A program made the translations under genes and the position numbers. From the human T2T-CHM13v2.0 reference genome, Homo sapiens, in the NCBI RefSeq assembly GCF_009914755.1, contig NC_060931.1: DNA of 64,000 nucleotides, one strand, 5' to 3'. The notes under the pieces are model-generated. The model ran no database searches, was not told where the DNA came from, and saw only the letters and a program-made list of their open reading frames with translations. This document shows positions 1 through 14,629 of the stretch, piece after piece (the first letter of the stretch is position 1; every line of letters starts with the position of its first letter).

Positions 1-1589
1 GCTGAAGAGGAACAAAATCTTTAGATTTTAAACCATACATATTATGGTACAATTAATGAGAGAGGGCCAAAGGGGGAAAAATTATATGATCTACAGAAGA
101 GAAGACTATGCAGTCTACTGTCATGAGAACAGACATAAGAAACTATACCATTGTAAGTTCTGGGAAAACAATGGTGTTGAAACGTTAATCCTATATCCAA
201 ATAAAGGTGTCAATCATGAGTTAGGACAGTTAAAATAATTTTATATATGGGATATCTTAAATTATTTCCTAATCCTGCATTCTGATATAACAACTCTTCA
301 CACTTACAAAATTATCTCAGCAACAGAAACAAACAAAATAAGAAAGAAAGACATGGATTTCATGAGAAGAACTAATCTGAGAATGTAATAATAAGAAACT
401 AAAGGATTAAGGTAGACATTTGACCCAAAAAGCTACCTATCAAAATTAGAACTATAACCAATGAGCTTCTAAAGAAAATGAATCTGCACATAGACAAAAG
501 GAAATTCCAGTCAACAAATATTTGCTTAAGGCCCTAAATGCTTTTGTAATATTATTAAAAATATTTTGAAATAGTTACTATAAATCCCAAGAAAAATATC
601 AATCAAAACAAAAACGTCACAGTTTAAAAACTTGACACAATTTTGAAAATGTCTTAGGTTGTAAGAATAAAGTCAATTTGATTTTAATGTTTGGGCCATT
701 CTCTCTTTAACATCACACGTTTTAGGATCATTATTATTGCCATAATCCAACCACATCATTTTATATTTTACAGTGAGTAACAGTTACATGATTGAACTTG
801 AAAGCCTCCTAAGAGCTCCCAATGCAGTTGGGACATTATAGGCCAAGGTCCTAATATAAGAAAGGACAATTACTGTGATTATCCCAGTATTTTAAGCTGT
901 TTTCCAGTTTACCAGTTTACAAGGAAAATATGGCACATAACTTAAGAGCTAAGAAGAAAATTGCAGAGAATAGGCATTAAGAAAGATTTTGGTAATTTTA
1001 TGGGACTGAGAAAATAATTTAGAGTTCTGAGATGGCAAAGTCATCATGACTTGGGGAATCAGAGACCCTAAAATATATGAAGCCCAGAGAAGTAAGCCTC
1101 GTACTGTGCTGCTCTCATTGAGCCATTTGCACACATATGCCTGATGCTGGGGGAGAGGATCAAAAGACCTGCAGAAACCTTCATGTGCAGAGAGTAGGGA
1201 AGTGTCATGTTCCTAGGAATAAAAAATATTTGAATTTAGGAACTTTGGAGGATATAGAGATCTTGTCAACATTCCAGACCCTAACCTGGTCTAGGGATAT
1301 AGCCTAGGATTAAGAGGAAATCAGAAAAAGTTCTAAAAATGCAGCCTTAATCAGTTTAATTTCTGATTGGATTTAAGGCAATCTGCATCAAAATTTATTG
1401 ACAACCATAAGCTGTTATTTCAGATTATGACTAAAATAAAATAATATTTCATCAGGATTCCCAGATGTAAATAAGATTATATAAAACTTTTTAAAATTTT
1501 TCAAATCAAATATTTGGCATTCCATGAAAAATCACCATGCATACAAATCACCATGTATCAAAATTCTGTTGATTCTGCAGAATAAAGAA

Positions 1590-3500
1590 AAATAACTTAA
1601 AAATAGTCATTCAAATACAAATTTTTAAAAAGAGCTGTAATTATTATGTTCAGCAAAGTATGTGATTCTGGGAAACTAGAGTTCCAGAGAACTAAAATCT
1701 GTAAAAAGTGCAATGGCAATTCTGGTGCTGAACAATATAGTAGTTGAAATAAAGAGCTCAGTAGAAGAATTTAACACTAGAGAGGACAGAATTGAAAAAG
1801 ACAAATAGTATATTGAAAGACAGGTTACTAGAAAATATGTTTACAGTTAAGTGAATAATTGCAAACCTAATGAAAACATTATCTTCTATGAGAAACTCTA
1901 AGGCTTACTGTTGACTTTCAAAAGAAAGAAAGAAAGCCAAAAGAAAACATAATGACATATTTATAGGTTGGAAAGAAAATAATCATTAACCTTGAAATTT
2001 AAACCTCGTAAATATGTGCTTCAAAAATAAACAAAACATATTTTTAGACAGTCAAAAACTGAGAAAATATGTCACCAAAATGGCTTTTGTGTAGGAAAAG
2101 ACAGATCAATGGAAGACAATAGAAAACCCAGAAAGATAATTGCATATCTGTTGACTTGGTTTGTGACAAAGATGAAACTGCAGTGCAGTGAAGAAGAAAA
2201 ATAAATGATACGGGCTGAAGTAAATATTTATCTTTAAAAATATATATTAATACTATGAAGCCATAAAAATGAAGATCATGTCCTTGGCAAGGACATGGAT
2301 GGAGCTGAAGGTCATTATCCTTAGCAAACTAATGCAGGAACAGAAAACCAAATACCACATGTTCTTACTTATAAGTGGGAGCTAAACGATGAGAATACAT
2401 GAATACATAGAGGAGAACAACAAACACTGGGGCATATCAGAGGATGGAGGGTGGGATGAGGGAGAGAAATGGGAAAAATAACTAATGAGTACCTGGCTTA
2501 ATACTTGGGTGATGAAATAATCTGTCCTGCAAACCCCATGACACAAGTTTACCTATGTAACAAAACTGAACATATATCTCTGAACTTAAAAGTTAAAAAG
2601 ATTCAAGAGGCTAAAACTTCTGATAATAAAGTAAACTTGAATTAAAAAGGAAAAAGAAAATCTCATCCCATAATTCATAAAATTAAAAATTCTAAATTCT
2701 AAATGCTGGAAAAACTACTTTTAGAAAATAATGCAGGAGAACAACTTCTTGACCTTGTGATAGGCAGAACATTTCCTAAAGAGGATATACAGAGTGTTAA
2801 CCATAAAGGAAACATAATAAATAGGAATATGTTAAATAGTTCTGCTAATTAAAGGACAATATTAAAAAGTTTAATGGAAGGTGAAATATGGATAAAATGT
2901 GCTATACATGCAGATTAAAATATGGTCTATATTAAGAATTCTTATAAGTCAATAAGAAAAAGATAAAATAATTAAAACACGGTTAAAGCTGTTGAACCAG
3001 GATGTCATATAATGGAAGTGTAATTGGGCCAAAAGAAATTGAAAAGATGTTCAATCTCAAATGCAACAGAAAAATTAAGCTTAAAGCTGTAAGATACCAG
3101 TTTAAACAAAATAGAATGAAAAATATATATGGCTAAAATAAAAACTGGTGATATCTCTGGTTGGTATTGATTTGAAGCAAATGACATTCTCATGTACAGC
3201 TATACTGCTGCTGGCACTGTAAGTAGGTCTTTGGAAAACTGTTTGGTAGTATCTACTAAAGCTGAGCATATCTAAACTTGAGATCCATGTAGATCTAATG
3301 AACAGAGACAGAATGCTCTTTATACATGGATGAAGTTTGTAACTGGAGGAAGAATAAGGGTAGATTTGGGATGCTAATAATGGTCTAATTACTGATTTGG
3401 GGTGGTCATGTAGGTATACTCATTTTAAAAAAAAGTATTAAGCTATATATGATTATGAATTTTGTACCATTCTGGCATTATGTCATATTCGGAAGAGTTT
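1590..3500 (+). mobile_element. Old L1M (L1MC/ME-type) fragments: ORF1, ORF2 and 3' region, interrupted by a younger L1 3' end
   Basis: Degenerate L1 ORF1-like text (gttgaaataaagagctcagtagaaga) and ORF2-like text (acagatcaatggaagacaatagaaaacccaga); A-rich on + strand; boundaries approximate. Confidence 0.6.
2249..2600 (+). mobile_element. L1PA13-16-type 3' UTR fragment
   Basis: ggacatggatggagctgaagg...aaactaatgcaggaacagaaaaccaaatacc...aaaccccatgacacaagtttacctatgtaac...gaacttaaaagttaaaaa. Confidence 0.85.
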
Positions 3501-3514
3501 ACTTTAAAAAGTCA

Positions 3515-4270
<756 letters not shown>

Positions 4271-4673
4271 AACCTTAATAAAAATTATAACACTGTACAC
4301 TATATAAATCTATTAATTGATATAAAAATAAACAACTGAGAGAAACATGCCTTTCAAAAATAAAAACTACAAATGGCTGATAATATATAATAATAATTTT
4401 AAGTTACAATTTTTAAAGAAAGTAAGTTTACCTAATGAGATGATATTGTTCTCCTCTTTTTGGATAAAATAAGGGAGAGAGAGGCAGAGATGGAGGAGGA
4501 GTGAGAGGAAGGAAAGGAGGAGGAAAATGAAGGAGAAGGAGAAGAATTAGAAAATCAATAATGAGAGTAAAATCAGTGACAGTAGTAAAATAAGTAAGTC
4601 CATTCTGAATAGTTATTTGAGCATGTACAAGATGCTTCATTCTAGAGTGGAAATTTAAAATATTAATGTATTT

Positions 4674-4775
4674 GTGTGTAATGTGTGTGTGTATACACAC
4701 ACACACATAACACACACACATAACACCCCCACACATATATATGTGCATGTATGTGTGATTCAGTGTGGGTGTATA
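4674..4775. repeat. (TG)n/(CA)n compound microsatellite
   Basis: tgtgtgtgtgtatacacacacacacataacacacacaca. Confidence 0.85.
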
Positions 4776-5589
4776 TAACATAACTCACAGAATTATACAA
4801 AAACCTTAAGATATATTAACATTTATGCTGTATAACATAATTTTAAAAAATTGTTTTATAAGTTTTTATTTCTTTGTACTTTTTAACCACATAATTTTTA
4901 GTAAAAATGTTATAATAAGAAACAGAAACTCAAAAAAGCTTTATAGTATTGTCCTCTCATTCCTTTTGAGATTACTGAAATATAACAAATAATTTTTGAT
5001 CATGACAGGTAGTTAGTAAAATAATTTAAATGTTGATTGAAGTGAAAAACCATGGATTTCTCGAGAGGAAAGCACTAGGGGAGTCTATAAGACCTTTAAA
5101 ATTTCCTTGAGTATATTGCTGCTTTTGATAACTGTAGTAGGTCTGCTACATTCTTAATAGAAGAACCACTGCACAGTGGTGGAGCAAATGGGAAGCAAGA
5201 CCCTGGGGAGTTGAGAAGGAAAGCCCCAAGGAATAAAACTTCAAATGTGAGAGCTGGACTTTGGGCCAGCAAAAGAATTAAAAATCAAGCTTCCCTGAGG
5301 ATTAGAGAAGTGGAAAATTATATCTATAATCATTTCTTGGTGGAAAGTAATGAGTATAATTAAAATAAAATTGTTTCCAAAGAAAAGAAGACAAACTGAA
5401 GACAAATCCATATATAAGGGTCTACAGATAAAGAATTTTTTAATAACTATTTTGTCCTGAACAATACAGAAATGTGTAATATAAAATATGTGTTATAGCA
5501 AGAAGGTCGCCCAAATTAACCAATGTTAATAATATACTTATGATGATATGTCTAAATCTTATATTGATATAACAATAAGAAAAATAATT

Positions 5590-5832
5590 ATAATAATAAC
5601 TAACATTTTAGCACTTTTTATGTGCAAGGCACTCTGCAAAATATGTTACATATACCATCTCCTGTGATCTTCCTAACAATACTATGTGATAAATACTATT
5701 ATTTTTCCAATGTTAAAGATGAATGAATCAAACCATAGATAAGTAACTTTCCTTACATTACTCAACTTCAGAGTAGCTAAACAAGGATTTGAACCCAAAC
5801 ATTTCGTACCACATGGCTCATTCTTCATTATT
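5590..5832 (-). mobile_element. MIR
   Basis: aataactaacattttagcactttttatgtgcaaggcact...ggatttgaaccca core. Confidence 0.75.
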
Positions 5833-5844
5833 AGGACAGGTGGT

Positions 5845-6202
5845 TAATTCATTTATTGACTAAACAAATGTTAAACATTACTATGTGTCAGGTACAGTTT
5901 TAGACCCTGAGAAAATAGTAGGCAAAATTCTCTGCCTTCATATAATTCATGAATTAGTGGTGTAATTCAGTCTATAAAGAAGACCGAAATCACAAATGTT
6001 ATATCTTGGGAAGTCTAAAGAAATGAATCTAATGGTAGATGGGGAGAGAGATAATTGAGGTTAGTGTAGACTTAAAATAGGATAACAATCGCACACTTTA
6101 CTGAGACAGTGAAATTTTAATAAAGACCTATGAGAATCAAGGCATTCAGGCAAGATGTTATATGGGAAAGAACATTCCAGTTACAGGGAATAACAAGTGA
6201 AT
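5845..6202 (-). mobile_element. L2 3' end
   Basis: ttcatttattgactaaacaaatgttaaacattactatgtgtcaggtacagttttag...aagaacattccag. Confidence 0.7.
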
Positions 6203-6214
6203 GAACCACTGCTC

Positions 6215-6500
6215 CCAACCTAGGTCAACTTTTCTGTCTTGTGGCTATCAGCTATCTTGTGATTTTGAAAACTCAGTACAAACTTTCTAGTATGTATCAT
6301 GTCTTCAAGAGCGTTAGCATGCAAGTCAGAGTGGAAAGGCTCTATCTTTTATCAGGGGAAAGATTTTACAAAGAAGACTCTCAAAAGATTTTCCAGTGTG
6401 TCTTATTGGCAACGAGTTCATCACAAGCCCACCTCTACAACAAATACAAAAGTGAATAGATTAACATGGTTGAGCTAGACCAAGGTTTTCTATTGTGTTA
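6215..6500 (-). mobile_element. Old MaLR LTR fragment (MLT1K/L-like)
   Basis: tcttttatcaggggaaag...tgtcttattggc...gattaacatggttgagctagac resembles MLT1L; highly diverged. Confidence 0.45.
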
Positions 6501-6509
6501 GGCAATCTT

Positions 6510-6860
6510 CTTCTCAGTCTTTCTAAAGAAACCTATAGCCATTTACTAGAGTGTCATGTCCATCCATTAAGAATGAGGACATACTTAGAATTTATGGAAA
6601 GGACTGGGTTCTTTCTCTGAATTTACACTAACCTAATGTGCAACACATGCTCACCTTTCAAATTAGGAGCTTGCAAAGATTAATTTATAAGTGGAAATTT
6701 GACTAGATATACTCACAATATAGTCGTGTGAATACGCAACCCTATGTGTTTATTGCCCTAGGTTTTGACTACATAGTTGGAATAAACATAACGAACAACC
6801 TGGCAGCAAACCACTTCAGCCTCATTACATGGAATAAGGACCATTAATAAAGTGTTAAAT
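6510..6860 (+). mobile_element. Highly diverged ERVL-class internal fragment (gag/protease region)
   Basis: Colinear with the ERVL at 19530-19875 in this window (ctttctaaagaaacctatagccatttactagagtgtcatgtccat vs cttctccaaagaaatacatggcctttcctaccatgctaaatgtacat). Confidence 0.65.
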
Positions 6861-7089
6861 GAAACCCCTCAATTGTCCCTTTCTATCACATTAGTATTTT
6901 ATATGTATTCACATAGCAATTCATGTTCACATGTTCGGAGAAAAGCCTGCAAGGCTACTCCAACATGGTTTTTCATAAGAGAAGAAGGGATTTTTTTAAA
7001 TTTAATAACTATATTACCTAGTATATTGTTTTTGTTGGGGCACATGAGTGCTTTGTAAAATAATGATAATTATAGTATTAAAATAAAAT

Positions 7090-10000
7090 AAAAGCATAAC
7101 TTAGAAAAATATTTTGTATGCAACTAAAATAGTTCTGAGAATGATATTTATAAGAGTATATGTTTACAAAAGAAAAGAAGAAAGGTCTCAAGCCAATCAT
7201 CTAAGCTCACACCTTAAGAGAATTGAAAAGAAACAACAAAAATAAACCCAAAATAAGCAGAAGGAACGAAATAACAGAGATAATGTTATAACTCAGCAAA
7301 ATTAAGAACAGGAAAATACAGAAAATAAAACCAAAAATGACTTCTTTGAAATAATAAATACAGTTAATAAACCTCTAGTTAGTGTAACAAGAGAGCAAGA
7401 GTGAGAGAGAGAGAGAGAGAGAGAAGGGGAACACAAATAACCAATATCGAAAATGAAGGAGAAGTCACTGCTACTGATAATATACATTAAAATGATGAAA
7501 TAGACAACTCTATGCCTAGAAATTTGATAATTTACATGAAATGGGCCAATTCTTTCAAAGACACAATCTACCAAAACTCACACAATGAGAAATCTGTAAT
7601 CTGAATTAGTCTAAAAATATTAAATGTATTGAATCAATAATTAATAACAATTCAGAAAACAAAGTATAAAGTCCAAACGGTTTTACTGGTAAATTTTATT
7701 AATCAATAATTAATAATCTTTCAAGAAAGAGCATATGAAGTCCAAAAGCTTTTACTGGTGAAACCTTAAGGAAAATGATACCACATTTCAATAATGTGTT
7801 TCAGTAAATAGAAGCAGAGGGAACACTTCCTGACTCATTTTATGAGGCCGACAGTACCATATATGAAAATAAGATAAAGACATTATGAGAAAGGAAAATT
7901 ACAAACCAATATCTCTCACAAACAGGGTGCAAAAATACTCGACAAAATATTAGCAAATCAAATCCAACAATGCAAAAAACTATGCATCATGACCAAATAG
8001 GATTCACTGTAGTTATACAAGGCTGGTTCAGCATTTGAAAATTAATCTGTGTAAGCCACTGTATCAATAGGGTAAATAAGAAAAATTATTTGATCATATC
8101 AATAGATGTAGAGGAATATTTGATAAAATCCAGCACTCAGTCATGATTGAAAGCTCCTAACAACTAGGAATAGAGGAGAATTTTTTTAACTTGATGGAAA
8201 AAGTCTACAAAAACTTGCAGTAACTTCTTGCTTAATTGTTAAAGACTGAATGCTTTTGCTCTAGGATTGGGAACAAGGTAACAATATCTGCTCTATCCAC
8301 TTATCCAACATAGTACTGGAAATTCTAGACAGCACAAAAAGCAACAAAAAGATATAAAAGGCACATAGAATGGAAAAGAAGAAATAAAACTGTTCCTATA
8401 TACAACATTATAATCGTCTATATAGAAAACCCTAAGTAATATACAAAAGAATGCCTACAACTAAAAGGGAATTTAGCAAGGTCTTAAGATACAAGATTAA
8501 CACATATACAAAATCATTCTCATCTCTACCTAAAAATAATGAACTTGTGGATAAAGAACAAAATACCATTTACAATTGATTCAACAAAAAGTAACAAAAC
8601 ATACATAGTTTCTATATGTTGATGATTTCTAAATTATGATGAAAGAAATCAAAGAAATCAAAGAAGACATAAATAAATGTAGTCATATATGTTGTTCCTG
8701 AACTGGAAATATCAATATAGTAAATTATCCATTCTTTTCAAGGTAATCTATAGGTTTAAATGCAATTTCTTCAAAATTTTAGCAAGATCTGTTGTAGATA
8801 TATTAAGCTTATAAAATTAATATGGACAATCAATCACACTGTATATTATGGATAAAATAATTTTGAATAAAAGGAATAAAGTGTGATTAATCACTCTGCT
8901 CATATTATGGCTTATATAGTCACAGCAAACAAGACATATTGGTTCTGGAAAAGAAATAGACAAATAGATCAATGGAACAAAATAGAAAACCCAAACGTAG
9001 TTCCACACAAATATGGCCTACTAATTACTGACAAAAGTACAAAGCAATTCAATGGAGAAAAAAATAACATTTTGAACAAAGGGTGCTGGAACGATTGGCC
9101 ATTCACAGGCACCAAAGGAAACAAATGATAAAAACAAACTCTTAAGGTGAACCTCACATTTTATATCAAAATCAACTCAAAATTAATCATCAAAATATTT
9201 ATCATGAAAGTAGAAGAAAATCTAGAGCTAAGCATACAATCCTTAGAATTAAAAGCAAATGTACTATCTATAAAATGAAAATGAAATGAAATGAAAATGA
9301 ATATGATCTATAAAATGAAAATTTATAAATGAAGAATTGATCAATTGAGTCTTTTCAAAATTAAAACTTTTGCTCTGTGAAATACCCTATTAGGAGGACA
9401 AATACACAAACTATAGACTGGGAGAAAATGTTTGAAACCACATTTCTGACAAAGGACTTGTACCTAGAATATATGAAGAACTCCCAAAATTCAACTGTAC
9501 AAAAAAAATCCAGTTAGAAAATGGACAAAATATATGAACAGTTAGCTGGAAAGGTATACAGGTGGTAAATAAGCATATGAAGAAATGTTCAACATTATTA
9601 GCCATTAGGGAAGTGAAAATTAAAATCACAATGAGATATTACTATACATTTACCAGAATGAGTAAAATAAAGAAAAGTAACACCAAATGCCGGTGAGAAT
9701 GGAGAAAAATTGGAGGACTCATGCATTGCTGGTGGAAATCTAAAAGAGTATATCCACTCTGGAAGATTATAACAATGTTTTAAACAATTCTATAGGCAGT
9801 TACCCCACAGCCTTGTAATTTTGATCTTGGACATTTTTTCCCAGAGAAATGTAAGCCTAAATTTACACAAAAATTTGTAAACAATTTTATATAGCAGTTT
9901 TATTTGTATTGAACCAAATCTGAAAGCAATCTAAATGTCCTTTGACAGATAAATGGTTAAAGAGTCTGCAGGACCTTCACTCAATGGAATAGTAGTCAGT

Positions 10001-10470
10001 AATAAAAATGAATAAACTATTGATACATAAAACTGAGTTGGATCTCAAGAACATTATGACGAGTTTTTAAAAATCTCAAAATACAGTATGGTTACATTTA
10101 TACAACGTCTTTGAAATGGTAAAATTAGAGTTGAAAAACAAATTAAAAGTTCATAAAACTTAGGAAGGAGAGGAGGAGAGAGGTAGACGTGACTATAAAA
10201 TGGTAGCACAAGGAATCCCTGTGTTGAAATTTTTCTTATATTGAATATGATGATGGTCATGTGAGTTTACACATGATAAAATTACACAGAAACAAGCACA
10301 CACACACGCATCTTAAATTGGTGAAAGACAAACGTGATTAATGCACTACAGCAATATCAATCTCCTGGTTGTGATGTCATACTATAGCTATTCAAGATGT
10401 ATTATTATCTATATTATTTCTTAGAACTCAATGTGAATCTACAATTATCTGGAAACAGTTTTAAAAATTC
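7090..10470 (+). mobile_element. L1MD/MC-type LINE-1: ORF2 remnant plus 3' UTR
   Basis: ORF2 remnant peptide YWFWKRNRQIDQWNKIENP (8883-9128); 3' end gtgaatctacaattatct; many stops. Confidence 0.85.
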
Positions 10471-12439
10471 CTGATAAAAACAAAATAAATTCCTTTATAG
10501 TTTAAAAAGTTATATTTAAAAACAAAATGAAAATTACAAAATAATCCTAATTTGAGCATATATATTTATATATTATAGCAATTTATGCTCATCTTTATCT
10601 TTAATAACTTAATAACTAAACTATTAAGCATACTGTATTTTATTTTGTCATTGAATAATGTAATTTGACTGAGGAGATTTTTTATGTCCAAATTATTTAA
10701 AATAATATTCACCCAAAGATAACAAAAATGCGACACGTTTGTTCCTAAGAGGGCCATCTAGTTGTACCATGAAAAAATTGCAAGTGTGTGAAGCTCTAAT
10801 TGAACTGGCTTATCAGGAATGTATTATGCAAGTTTAATTCATGCACAGTGACATTTAGTATAATGTATGCTTTCCCATTTGTTAGATTGTTTATCCTCTC
10901 CCAACAGTATATCATAACAAATTTACCAAAAATCATTACTTGAACAGTCTTCTGTTCTTGAGGACTACATTTTTATTTGCCATTTTATATTCACAAGTGT
11001 CTTGATGCTTGCCACAGTAATTTTTCATTAGAAAGTGTATTTCTTACATAGCCTATTAAATACAACAGTCTGTGGTTTATTTAATGTAATTGCTAGCTAT
11101 ATGCAGTTCTTTTATTTTATAAGCAACCAGCATATAACCACATGCAGTTATTTTACCAATGGCAATAAAAATTGCACTTAGGATATACATACTAAATACT
11201 ATCTCCATTATCTTTTGATTCAAAGTCAGAAGAAAAATTACCAAATGTCATTGAAATTTATTTTAATACACTCAAAGTACAAAATAAGTATTAGAATGCT
11301 AATACAGATGGTTTTGGTGGTTAAATAATTAAAAGAGCAATGTTTTCAGGATGAATTTGGGATTCAGAAAAGCATTATAGATATTGGAAACTCATTTATT
11401 CAATTAAATTTAAACTCACTTCTCAAGATCTGGTATCAAATGTATGAAGGAGAATAATAATATACATGATCCTTCTCCTATTTCAGTAGTCCAATACCAT
11501 TGAGTCCTGGGAGAGTGAAATATTTAGCTTATAGAATCATAGAATATTTAGCTACACCCAGGTTGTCTTCAGAGCAATAGAAATGAAGTACTTCCCAAGC
11601 CAAACCAGACTCATTTGTATTTCACAAATTTGAACTTTCAACAACATCCCAAGTAGTCTTCCAGTATTTCCATCTCTCCCTCCCAATAAAAGTCTTTCAA
11701 CACCAAGACTGATTTTACAGGTATAGGGGATCATTGGACATAATCTTTTCGGGATAATTCAGTCGTGCCAACTTTGGGCTATGTGTTAAGAATTCCCAAA
11801 TCTGGTCATATTTTCTTGCCTACGTGACTGTGAACTATTTCATCAGTTTTAGTGTTAACACAGAAGAGGCCAGGCTTTTCAATATTTGGCGCACTATTCC
11901 AAATATCTAAGAACCTATAGGTATTTATAAGGTAGGGGAAAGAGTAAAACTTCAATTCTTGTAGCGTTAATTTGAGAGATTCTTTAACAGAATTCAAGTG
12001 AATTATACTCCCCTAGCAGAAAGTAAGTGGAGAAAAAAACTTTGCAAAATTTCTGGCCTGTCCATGGTAATTCACTTTTAATATTAAACCTTCTTTATTA
12101 TATTGATACAAATCATTGAGCCCCACATTCTGACTTTAATAGTAGCACCATAGGATGTTATATGGATATCACTCTTCAACAATATATTCACCTAAAATAT
12201 AGATTAGAAAATATTTGATATGGCAATCCTAATGTCCCATTATATAATATATCAAGAAACTAACATTTATAAGTCTATCTAAAATTTATTTGCATTTTCC
12301 AGAAATCAAAATCTCTTGGGAGATAAGAGTCTCTATGTTTTTACAAAATATGATGTACAGTTCTGTGTTTTTATGTGTTCTTATATATGACCTAATGTGG
12401 CCCAAGGCTACTCTGCAAGGTAGATACCTAAAGAAGGGT

Positions 12440-12485
12440 GGAATGAAGGGATTGAAATAGGGGGAATGAAGGGATTGAAATAGGG
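12440..12485. repeat. Perfect 23-bp tandem duplication
   Basis: ggaatgaagggattgaaataggg x2. Confidence 0.9.
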
Positions 12486-14629
12486 CAAATTCTTATTTTG
12501 CAAAAATTTAGAAATGAAAAATTGGATATAAAGTTGTGGTTGCTCCTAAAGGTTTTAATTGCATGTCATTCACTTCCCATGTTGCTCCCTGTTCTCTGAT
12601 ATTCTCTTTCCATTATCTACCTTTCCTGCTATCCCCATACCTCCTCATTCTTCCTAGGATGCTCCTAGTTTATGCCATTTCCCTTAACTTTGGTTTAATC
12701 CACCCTTCTCTCTATAGATGTGTGTGTGCTTTGAATGGTTTTCCAACATAAGCCCAATATAATCATTTCTACCTCACAAAGTTTGTGAAATAAGGGATAC
12801 TTATCTTCTTCTTTTCAAAAATTTTGTCTTGATGGAAACTTACAAGCACTCCTAAATTCCTCCTTTTTATGGCTTATGGGTAATCCAATCTCTGATAATT
12901 CCAAAATTGTTAGGAAGAAAACTTCAAATGATTTTTACATTTCAAGAAGATATAGTTTCTTTATATATTTGTAACATTAACGATATACAGAACTGAGGAT
13001 CCTTTTTATGCCTAATGCCATAATTGTTGCAGGAACATGTTAAAGAGAAAATTGGAACTTTAAATAACCTCTGCAAGTGAAAATACAAAAATATTTTAAT
13101 CTAAACAAAATGAAAAATAATTAATTAGGGAAAATAATACCAACAAGGTGATAACTGCCGTGAGACTCTGGAGAATCCTCTTACGGTGAATGAACTAAAA
13201 ACATTGAAAAATTAAATAACATAAATATGTTAGTTTACCACAAAATAGTACAGTAATATTTGTGGTACATATTAAAGAAATTATGAATTTTAAAGGTTTA
13301 AGACAAAATTGTTAAAAAATAGTCTTATTTCTAAACTCTTATGATTGTATCAAGAGCATATATCATTGTTCTTTCTATGTAAAATGACTTTTAATGACCT
13401 TGAGTGGATCATAAATCTATCACTCCATAATTCAACTTCTTTCCTTCTGCATTTTCTTTCTTTATACTTTGTTGAGAAGGTCAGAACCTCAGGTCGCCAT
13501 TAAACCCCTGATAGTCATCATGGAGTTCTGATGTCAAGTTGTGAAAATAGTTTTTCTAGCTGTAGCATTTGCCTATTGGCAGACTCCCCAGGAAGCTGTG
13601 CTGGCAGATTTTAAATTGCCCTTGGGCCTGTCATACAATTTAACTTCTAGAAGACTAGATTAACGGCTGTTCTCCTTTCTTTCACTCACTTTCTTCTTAC
13701 TCTTTATTTTTTTCTCAAAATTTTCTTCTGTTTATTTAGAGGAAAATGCAAATCACCTTCAATGGCAAGGACCCTTTATCACTAGGAATACACTTAGGTC
13801 GTGAAACTTTGAAATTGGATTTACTCTCTGTCCTCCAATGACTCGCACTTCCTTTGAAATGCATGTGTGAAGAGGGAAAACTATCATATCATGAAACTTA
13901 TTTAATTTTTCCTGGTGTTCTGAAATATTTCAGTGTGTCACTTAGGGAAAATAGTTTGTGCCATTTTTTAATATTACTATTAAATGATTTTTGAAGCGGT
14001 TTGGGGACATAATTTACTCTTCCAGTTCACTGTGTTTACTTCAAAAAGAGTAAATACACTTGAGTTTGTGATAATCTTTTAATAAAGAATATTGTCTAGG
14101 GTAAGGCAAAATAGATTAGTTATATAAATTGTAATAAAGACATTATATATTCAAAAATTGCATTAAAGTGGCATAATATTTACTAAAATGAAAGTATGTG
14201 AAATTTGACATTAGTAAATTTAATTTGCAATTTTTAAAGAGTTTAAAAGTTTCAATAAATTCGGTCCATGGCTCCAACAGTTTTTAAATTACAAAATTAT
14301 GTTTTATAAGTTTAAATCTGAAAAGAGAAGTGCATCATAGAAATATGAATGGTTGATATAATTTTCATTCTTTTAACATGTTTAACATTTCATATTGTCC
14401 TAAGCTGGATATATATATTTTTTTCATGCTTGCAGTCCCAGACTTGTCTTCAGCACATCTGTGTGCTAGAGAAATCTTGCATCAGGCAAGGATGGCTGCT
14501 GCACATGCATCTTCTATTAAACTATAACTTAAAAAAAAACTTTATGCATATGTTTTTTCTCCATTTAGAAGACTATATACAGTTTTCTTACATTTTAAAC
14601 AATAACAAACCTACAAAATATGGAGGTAG

